From: Savitreella phatthalungensis | Taxonomy: Eukaryota | Length of the DNA stretch: 39,132 nucleotides | Reading direction: 5' to 3' | Assembly: GCA_051599415.1 (NCBI GenBank) | Contig: AP039705.1 | Location: forward strand, 248,001 to 287,132 | In this document: positions 31,562-39,132 of the stretch, one piece after another | Layout: each line of letters starts with the position of its first letter | Position numbering within the stretch: position 1 is the first letter of the stretch | The notes under the pieces: generated by a model | The model's database searches: none | Told to the model about the DNA's origin: nothing | Seen by the model: only the letters and a program-made list of their open reading frames with translations | Made by a program: the position numbers and the translations under genes

Positions 31562-32002
31562 TGGCGCAGGTCAATCATATATGATTTGAACACAACGCTG
31601 CCACTCCCGCAATCACTCGGTCTACGTATGACAAGGAAGTAGCCCCGTTCGGAGCTGTCACATAGTATCGTTCTGTGCTAGGTCCTGGCGTTGGTAATAT
31701 CTTGCATGCCGTCGGTATGAAATGTGCTATGGCTTGTACATAGGTCCGACTTGCCACACCAGCAGTCACCGGCCACATAGCAGAGTTGTGGTATGTATCA
31801 GTGGTAGCATGAATTGGCACCACTGACTCTGCGGCTTCTTGTCGCCCTTTTGTGTTTGTTTGTACTTGTTTGTAAGCGTTAATGTTTGGTTGTTCTGTTT
31901 GTGTTGTTCAGTGAGCTCCGTTGTCGTCCTCCTGTGTCGTCTGATTTGTGTTCGTGTTGCTGTGCCTGTCGCTCTCGGGTCCTGCGACCGTCCTCCGCGA
32001 CA
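31562..32002 (+). repeat. Subtelomeric repeat family, tandem copy B
   Basis: Shares gcaatcactcggtctacgtatgacaag, gcagagttgtggtatgtatcag and gtcgctctcgggtcctgcg with copy A. Period is about 465 bp. Confidence 0.8.
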
Positions 32003-32587
32003 CTTTTGTGCTTGGTAAAGCACAGCTTATGTAAATTTATTCGGTGCCATGTCTGCATACTGAGCCAGCAATTGGGCAAAACGTGACATCATGATCTTAG
32101 CGTCCCTTTCGACGAGTTGACAATGACATTTTTGTTCCGTATGTGATCAAATTGCAGAGCGTCGTTTCGGGCTCAGGACCCAGCGCATTTACTTCTATAT
32201 TCGCGTCTTGTGCAATATATCGAGATTTTGTGCAATCAAGTTTCTGGTTGTCTGTCAAAAGACACAGTTTCCGCACCGTTTGTTTTTTTGACGACCTCCA
32301 AAATGATCCACAGATTAATGCGCAGTGTTTGTCGATATAAAATCAATTTGCTGCCACCGAACAGCAATTTCGAAACGATGCACAAGCGAGGGCGGCAAAA
32401 TGAAGAAATTGTTTCCTTGTTGGTCGAGAGACAGGCACTGCAGATGGAGTAAAGGCATTTGCTGGGAGTGCGGCGATTTTCCAACAATGCGCACAAATTT
32501 GGCCAATGACAATGATCATCGTCACAACGGAAGACTGTTGCGCTCAATCACTGATTCGACACGGCAGCAACACTTTCGCAATCTGCA

Positions 32588-32700
32588 GTTGTCGCGAGGG
32601 ACAGTCACAGAATCCGAAAGCGAGGGGGAAAGCATTACAGACACGAATCAATCATCCCAAGATGACTCAAGAAAAGCAAACACCCGGACCGGACACAGCG
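32588..32700 (-). repeat. Subtelomeric repeat family, short diverged inverted fragment
   Basis: gttgtcgcgagggacagtcacagaatccgaaagcga resembles the reverse complement of the copy B 3' end. Confidence 0.5.
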
Positions 32701-33019
32701 GACCACAAGAAATTAGAGCTACTAGTTGACCGCAGCCTGTCCAGAATGATCCGTGCTGCTGTCTAATTCCAGACATACTCAAAAGATATGGGTGAGCAGA
32801 CACAGGCAAACATTGCTCAGTATACTTGCATAGACATATTCTTCAGCTTGCACTGAAGAAATATATCACTTCCAGTCAATGCTCGAACAATCCTTTTTCT
32901 AGGCCTGCAAGTCATTTTTGTCATCTGCCACGTACACAGATTATCAAGACAGCGTTTGTACTAATTGTCAAGTCCGCCAATCAAGCAGACCAGACCGCCT
33001 TTATGCCAATTCATCTGCT

Positions 33020-33420
33020 TGCTGCGAAGGATGAGATCTTGCAAGATCACGAGCAATAGACAGCGACACAAACACAAAGTGAACACTACAGGAGGACTCA
33101 CACAGAGCTCACCAACCGACTTGAGCAAGACAAACAGATGCAAACAGACACAATTGCGCACGAAAAAGTACCAACAGACACAAGAGGACAAGAGGTTGAG
33201 CGAAGTCAGTCACCTCAATTCGTACCAAGGCTATGACTGATACGTGCCCTGACTCTGCCGACGTGGCAGATTGCAGCTGACATGGCAGGTAGCAGGATGG
33301 ACCTAGGCATAAGAAAACGCAGCACACGATACACAGAGGGTGTGCAAGATACCACAAACACCAAAAACAGGATCGTGCACAGGATGATACCATCCAACAG
33401 CTCCATACAAGGCTATGTGT
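33020..33420 (-). repeat. Subtelomeric repeat family, diverged inverted copy
   Basis: ctgatacgtgccctgactctgccgacgtggcag and acagctccatacaaggcta are reverse complements of unit motifs. Lies head-to-head with the next copy. Confidence 0.7.
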
Positions 33421-33433
33421 CGCGGCCACTCTG

Positions 33434-33840
33434 TGGCCCGGGTCGATTGTATACAGTTTGTACACGACGCCGTCACTTCCGCAATCAGTCAGTACATGTA
33501 TGACAAGATAGTAGCCCCCTATGGAGCTGTCAAATAGTATTGTTCTGTTCTAGGTCCTGGTGTTGGTGATATCTGGCACGCTGTCCCTGTACAGCGTGTT
33601 GCGTCCTCTTGTACTCCCCTACCAACCTGCCACATCAGCAGAGTTGTGGTATGTATCAGATATAGCATGGTCGGTGTTACCGCCTAGACCGTCTCTTGTA
33701 ATTCCTGCGTGTCTGTTCGTGCTTGTTTGTATCTCTCCGTGTTCCTCGGTGACCTCCGTCTGTGTCCTCCTGTGTCATCTGTCTCGCGTCCATGTTGCTT
33801 CGTCTGTCGCTCTCGGGTCCTGCGGCCGTCCTAGCAACAC
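33434..33840 (+). repeat. Subtelomeric repeat family, full copy E
   Basis: High identity to copy A over about 405 bp. Confidence 0.85.
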
Positions 33841-33841
33841 T

Positions 33842-33916
33842 ACGCTCTTGTCATACATAGTCCTGAGTGGTTGCAAAAGTGACAGCGTCGTGTACAATTG
33901 TATGCGAGCGGCCTGG
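33842..33916 (-). repeat. Inverted copy of the first ~80 bp of the unit
   Basis: ctcttgtcatacatagtcctgagtggttgcaaaagtgacagcgtcgtgtacaattgtat approximates the reverse complement of the unit's 5' end. Confidence 0.65.
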
Positions 33917-34033
33917 AAAATTTCAGCAGTCGTGACATCTATAAGACCGCAGTCTTGTGGAGAATGCATGGGCTCTGGTGAGGACATCACTTTGTGAAAG
34001 TGGCGCTATGAGTGGGGTTCACTGATCTGACTC

Positions 34034-34290
34034 AAACCATACAGATACAATAGCTGATACGTGCCTCGACTGTGCTGACGTGGTGGCTTCCAGGACCGGG
34101 CGTAGGCATCAGAGGACACAGCACGCCATATATGTATGGCGTGCAGGATATTGCAGACATAACGCCAGGACGAAGCACAGAAAAATAATTATCTGTCAGC
34201 TCCCTATGAAGCTACAATCTTGTCACAGAAGGCATCAGTAGATTGTAGGAGTTACAGCGTTGTGTACAATCATATACAAGCAGCCAAAAC
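34034..34290 (-). repeat. Subtelomeric repeat family, partial inverted copy
   Basis: Shares atagctgatac.tgcct and ccgggcgtaggcatcaga..acacagcacgccatat with 30680-30880. Confidence 0.75.
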
Positions 34291-35141
34291 AACTTGACAC
34301 ATTGAGACAGCTGTACTACATACTGATGCTATATTGCACACTGTATCTATACCGCGTCCCGCCCAGATGTCTAGGCTTCGTCATGCGACGCAGCATGCGC
34401 ACTGCTCTCAAGTCCGTCATTCTTGTGCTCGAGAAGCTATGTCAAGATGGTGCGATGGCCTCTCCCATTATGCTATCCGCTGGAATTGCACAGTTGGGAA
34501 GAATGTCTGCTGCCTTGTAGATGGGTTAAACTGTAAAAACAGCTTGTAAACGGCAGGTGATGCCGCACTCGCATAGTTCTTCGCGCAAGTACCTGGTTGC
34601 GTCATTCTGGTAATGGTCTTTGTCTAAATCCGCAAGATCGGGATTGATTGAATTCGATTGATCGCAACTTTTAGAGCGCAACGTGCATAGGTGTGTCAAA
34701 ATGCCAGGCTTGCACGGAATGATCCCGATCGGGATATTCTCCCTGACAGGAAGCGAGTATGCACTACAGCCCAATCGCATCTTCAGAGTTGCAGCCACCT
34801 GGAGTAAAACGGCACAAGAAAATGCAATCTGATTGGCTTTTGGGCTGTCGTGCCGTGCCTTAGCAAGCAACAGGCAACAGAGGGATTGCTAGCCACAGAC
34901 GCGCATGATGATCGAGTGCCTTGTTTGATTGTCTTCAACAGCCGTTTTCAGAGAGTCTGGACTCGGGCACATCACCGGGTCATCAGGCGCCGGAGCCCTC
35001 ATTATTTAAAAATACTACTTTGTCTTAAGATCTTGGTCACTCTGCCGCGGTAAGCAGCGCGACCTTGATCGATCATCGCTGTACAAATGCTGCCCGTGAT
35101 CCGGCTTATGTGCGCTACGGTCTCTTCTACGATAATCCGCG

Positions 35142-36836
35142 ATGCGTGACTGGCTCTCGATAGTTTTATTCATACCTTTCGCCTTCGCCGACACAGCAAG
35201 TGACTTTGCCGCTGCCGCTGCTGCGGGACGCCAGGCATGTGGACTGATCAACAACATTGTCTCCAGGCTCCCGTCATCGGCTGCAGGCTCGGCGTCCTTA
35301 TTCTGTAACGCATATCTCGGGGCCAAGACGTCGACGGTCACGGCTCCGGCAACAATCGCGACATCCACACAGGCATGCGGTGCCGAGCGAGGGCTCAAAG
35401 CAAGGAGACAGGTCCAAAGCGGTGATCGTCCGCGCGACAAGCGGTTCGTACGGCAGGCACCAGCCCCATGCCCGGTGTTCATGACAGCGCTCGGCACAGC
35501 TGCCATCTCAAATGTCTGCGGGTGCCTGACAAAGCCCGTGACAACGACCATCACACCTTCCTCCACGGTGCTCTTGCCGGCCATCACGCCGACCGTTACA
35601 AGTACCACGACCTTCACGCCAGCGGCGACGACGATCACAGGCAGCGTTTCAACAGTCAACAGCACACTAACCAACACTGTCAACAAAACGACCACAATCT
35701 TATCAGTTGTGCGCTCCACGCAGACGTTGAACTCATACTCAGTCAATGTTGTCACTATCTCGGGCAGCGCCACCTCCACCTCCGTCATGACAGACTACAG
35801 CGTCCAGCCCGGCACAAGCACTATTAGTCGGGTTGATCAAGAGGTCGATGTCGCGACTCAAACAGTCGGTGCCACTTCGACAGTTGTCGAGCTCTTTACC
35901 GTCACGACCACTGTCACCTCTCAAAGTCCCTTGATGACAAAGAGGGCTGTCAATCAATGCGCGCCTGTGACGCATTATATCACCGTCACAGCTGCTCAGC
36001 CGACCGTCTACGTGTCTGCCTCGAGCACAGTCACAAATCGTATGAACAAGTTCACGACTGAGTACCCGACGACGCAGGTCGACTTATCGACGCAAGTCGA
36101 CACCATCACGACGACCATCATCAGCCAAAGCCTGACCTTTACGACCGTGACCATCGTCACGCCTTCAACCACCACGACTACCTCCACATCCAACGTTGAC
36201 ACGGTGTACCTCGTCTCCACCCAGACAATCGCAACGACAACAACCTTCACTCTACCTGCGCCCACCACGACGGTGAGCGTGGTCTCCACGGTCGCTACCG
36301 CTACGGCCACATGTGTGCCCAACATTGTGGTCAACGGCGGATTTGAAGACAGTGGCACGACCAAGTACGATGCGCCGCCGTGGACAGTAACCCAAGGGCA
36401 GGAGATCTCCTTTGAGAGGCAGGGAAGTGGCCCAAATCCTGACAATATTGTTGCCTTCTACCATATCGGTTCTCCGAGTGGTCCCGTGCTCCTGACGCAG
36501 ACGCTCAACACAAAGAAGAACATCCCATATGACCTCTCCTTCTCTTATGCATGGATCGGCGTTCACGCAGCCGGATATGGTACTGCAGGCACATGCAGCC
36601 TGCGCGTGACGCTTGGCACAAGCGAGGTAGCAAACCTGATCCAAGACGTCCCAAATTCGTCGTACAACTTCCGGAAAAGCATTATCTCACCTTCCGACCA
36701 GGCCGATCTCGTCTTCACCTATGCGTGCACGACAATCAATAGCGCCACGATCGGACTCATGATGCTCGACAATGTTCAGCTCTTACCTGCAGGCGGCGTA
36801 GCTTGCCAAAGCTTCCCGGACTTCCAATTATCGTGA
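35142..36836 (+). CDS. Secreted Thr/Val-rich adhesin/flocculin-like protein with C-terminal carbohydrate-binding-like domain
   Basis: Signal peptide MRDWLSIVLFIPFAFA, Cys-containing N-terminus, KR sites and a long T/V/S-rich stalk. The C-terminal domain begins NIVVNGGFED. No GPI-type hydrophobic tail. Confidence 0.8.
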   Translation: MRDWLSIVLFIPFAFADTASDFAAAAAAGRQACGLINNIVSRLPSSAAGSASLFCNAYLGAKTSTVTAPATIATSTQACGAERGLKARRQVQSGDRPRDKRFVRQAPAPCPVFMTALGTAAISNVCGCLTKPVTTTITPSSTVLLPAITPTVTSTTTFTPAATTITGSVSTVNSTLTNTVNKTTTILSVVRSTQTLNSYSVNVVTISGSATSTSVMTDYSVQPGTSTISRVDQEVDVATQTVGATSTVVELFTVTTTVTSQSPLMTKRAVNQCAPVTHYITVTAAQPTVYVSASSTVTNRMNKFTTEYPTTQVDLSTQVDTITTTIISQSLTFTTVTIVTPSTTTTTSTSNVDTVYLVSTQTIATTTTFTLPAPTTTVSVVSTVATATATCVPNIVVNGGFEDSGTTKYDAPPWTVTQGQEISFERQGSGPNPDNIVAFYHIGSPSGPVLLTQTLNTKKNIPYDLSFSYAWIGVHAAGYGTAGTCSLRVTLGTSEVANLIQDVPNSSYNFRKSIISPSDQADLVFTYACTTINSATIGLMMLDNVQLLPAGGVACQSFPDFQLS

Positions 36837-37431
36837 TGAATTGTCGATCATCAGTCCCAAAGGATTTGTAGGCTTACAAATTCAGTCATACCTGTCGTGT
36901 TGACACTCAACATTGCTTCAACACACGTCTCTGCAGCTTTCTAAGTATCTATCAAACGTATTTGATTAGTCCCCATAGGTATTTACGACCAGAAGTGCGC
37001 GCTGAGCAGTGACCTAAGCTCCTATATGTTCAATTCAGCGGACTCCAAGACCTTAAACAGTTGCTTCGTTCGGGCTCCAACTGAAATACTGTTCTGTGCG
37101 GGCTCCAACAATCTGAAATGCTTTGGACGCATCTTCCGTGCGGGCTCCGAGGACAATAGCGCACTCCGAACGGGCGATCCTGATTATGTGCCGTCAAAAA
37201 GTGCCGAACTGTTTTCACCGCAGCCAGATATACACATGGCTTTGAGGATGAAACGCTGCATGGCACCCCTAACTGTAATTTGACAAGTAGGGACGGACCT
37301 AATTCATTACAGACTGTATCCCAAACTGCAGCACACAATGAATTTGGACCTGACTGCGTTCCAAACTGATTTTGTCCAGGCATACGCCAGCTAGACGCAA
37401 CACTGGGGGCTCCTGCAGCAGCGCAGCACAA

Positions 37432-37434
<3 letters not shown>

Positions 37435-37466
<32 letters not shown>

Positions 37467-37760
37467 CAGCACAGCACAGCACAGCACAGCACAGCACAGC
37501 ACAGCACAGCACAGCACAGCACAGCACAGCACAGCACAGCACAGCAGCAACATGTCCACCAGCAGTAGTAGTAGCAGCAGTAGCAGTGGTAATGGTGGTG
37601 CTGATGGCAGTAGTAGCAGTAGCAGCAGTAGGAACAGCAGCAGTAGGAACAGCAGCAGTAGTAAATGCAGCAGTAGCTGTAGTAGTGGCAGCATTAGAAG
37701 GAGTGAAGGGAATGTCAGAGGGAATGTCAGAAGTAGTCAGTGTGGTAGCAGTAGCAGCCA
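37435..37760. repeat. Microsatellite block: (CAG)10, (CAGCA)~17, then degenerate (AGC/AGT)n
   Basis: CAG run at 37435-37464, CAGCA run at 37462-37546 and an AGY-rich tract at 37561-37760. Confidence 0.9.
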
Positions 37761-38335
37761 TCACAGTCAACGAATCACAGACTAGATGGTAGAATGAGGC
37801 ATACAAGGAGCATAGACAGGCACAGTCACAACATAGTGGACAGATTACAGTGCATGACAGTTGCAAGTACATGCAACAGTGCACAAGACAGTCAAGAGGA
37901 GCAATTGAGAGTGAATTAGAGTGAGTTGTGGAGGAAAGGGCACAGCACAGCACACGCAATGGATTTGACGAGCAACAATGGAGGTAACAGTGCATGCCAT
38001 GTGACATTGCAGTTGATTGAGTTGCACAACAGGTGCCAGCATGAGATCAGGGCCAAGTAGGTGATAATTACAACAAGCAGAGACAGAGTCAGTGGCAGGG
38101 GCCAGGTGTTCAAACTACAAGTGACAGTGCAGGAATGATATATATCAAGTGATGTTGCAGTGTTTAACAGATGACAGCATTTGACAGATGGCAGTGAAGT
38201 GATGAAACATGGTACAGTGCAGGCAACAGTGAGTGACAGAAACAGAGAACAGTAGATGACAGATGAACAGCAATTGGCAGATCAAGGGTTTGACAAATGT
38301 TGGGTCACAGAGCGGGACAGTGGGTCAGGTGGTGG

Positions 38336-38615
38336 TGCAGGCAACAGCATTTGCCAGATGATGGTGCAGGTAATGGCATTTGACAGATGTGTTGCAGGTA
38401 AAGGCGGTTGACAGATGTGTTGCAGGTAAAGATAAAGATGTTTGACAGGTGGCAGTGCAGGTAACAGCATTTGACAAGCGACATGCAAGTAACAGCATGT
38501 GACAGGTGACATGCAGGCAACAGCGTGTGGCAGGTGACATGCAGGCAACAGCATGTGACCGGTGACGGGTGACATGCAGATAACAGCATTTGGCATTTGG
38601 CAGGTGACGGTGCAG
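38336..38615. repeat. ~28-bp telomere-associated minisatellite, ~9 degenerate units
   Basis: Consensus is approximately TGCAGGYAACAGCATKTGACAGRTGACA, with units of 28-36 bp. Looser copies extend back to about 38120. Confidence 0.8.
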
Positions 38616-38962
38616 TTGCAGATGAAACAGATGGCAGGGTTTTTAAGAGTAGGAATGTGGGGAGCAAATGGCATGGGATGTTTTGGGTAAACAGGGGGAA
38701 GAGTGTCAAATAGATGAGGGATTGAAAGCAGGAGTACAGCGGAGAGAGGAGCAGCAGAGAGGAGCAGCAAGGAGACAGCAAGATGGTAATGATGTTGAAG
38801 ACCAGCAGGAGCGTATGCGTGCGGACAAGTGTAGTGCAGCAAGGCAGCAGGGGGGTGAGCAAAGAAACAAGGTTAGCAGGCGAGCGAGCAAGCGAGCAAG
38901 CAAGCAAGCAAAGCGGAGCAAGGGTTGGGGCATTGGTTAGTTTGACGGCGGTTAGTTTTTGT

Positions 38963-39071
38963 GGGTCAGGGTCAGGGTTAGGGTTAGGGTTAGGGTTAGG
39001 GTTAGGGTTAGGGTTAGGGTTAGGGTTAGGGTTAGGGTTAGGGTTAGGGTTAGGGTTAGGGTTAGGGTTAG
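38963..39071 (+). repeat. Telomere: (GGGTCA)2(GGGTTA)16
   Basis: Perfect TTAGGG-type array at 38975-39070, with the G-rich strand running 5'->3' toward the end, preceded by two TCAGGG variants. Confidence 0.97.
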
Positions 39072-39076
39072 CTTAG

Positions 39077-39132
39077 TTCTCGCAAAGGCAGAAAGTAGTC
39101 TTAACCTTAGCAATACGTAACTGAACGAAGTA
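39077..39132 (-). other. Oxford Nanopore native barcode (NB06/BC06) + flank + ligation adapter, sequencing artefact
   Basis: TTCTCGCAAAGGCAGAAAGTAGTC (39077-39100), TTAACCTT (revcomp of the AAGGTTAA flank) and AGCAATACGTAACTGAACGAAGTA (revcomp of adapter TACTTCGTTCAGTTACGTATTGCT). Confidence 0.93.

Noticed and set aside
31254..33997. Similar Cys/Val/Leu-rich ORFs (31254-31589, 33560-33997) as a small protein family
   Set aside because: They are translations of the TG-rich repeat unit. Starts, stops and frames are not preserved among copies.
34526..34870. 114-aa Cys-containing ORF as possible effector or pseudogene
   Set aside because: Non-ATG start, no clear signal peptide and no recognisable family; cannot be supported without a search.
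35015..36445. Long antisense Val-rich ORFs
   Set aside because: Reverse-strand shadows of the Thr-rich adhesin codons.
38336..38615. CRISPR-like array
   Set aside because: Units are contiguous and degenerate with no unique spacers, there are no cas genes, and the context is eukaryotic.
37030..39076. ORFs with poly-Q, HSTAQ, CCAVL or GL repeats
   Set aside because: Translations of microsatellite, minisatellite and telomere DNA.
39072..39132. Interstitial telomere or telomere-capping element
   Set aside because: The distal sequence is explained by the Nanopore barcode and adapter.

Overview
Eukaryotic (fungal) DNA: the right-hand end of a chromosome from a very compact, intron-poor ascomycete. 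The gene set (Ams2-type GATA factor, DDX60-like helicase, Cwf21), 42-52 nt introns and TTAGGG telomere suggest Taphrinomycotina (Taphrinomycetes-like); this placement is an inference. Bases 1-30.0 kb hold about 19 tightly packed genes: BNI4-like, Ams2-like, TDT/SLAC1 transporter, single-pass S/T-rich membrane protein, GNAT acetyltransferase, MAS2, PEX11-like, alpha-arrestin, small hydrophilic protein, LCAT-like hydrolase, an unknown protein, a MOSC-reductase-ferredoxin fusion, SDR, ERG2, DDX60-like helicase, FYVE protein, Het-C, CWC21 and caleosin. From 30.6 kb the window is subtelomeric. It contains a cluster of about 8 diverged copies of a ~400-460 bp non-coding repeat in both orientations, a secreted Thr-rich adhesin-like gene, and a strongly CpG-depleted micro/minisatellite block. 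It ends in (GGGTTA)16 followed by an untrimmed Oxford Nanopore barcode/adapter. All calls come from reading motifs by eye; no searches were run.
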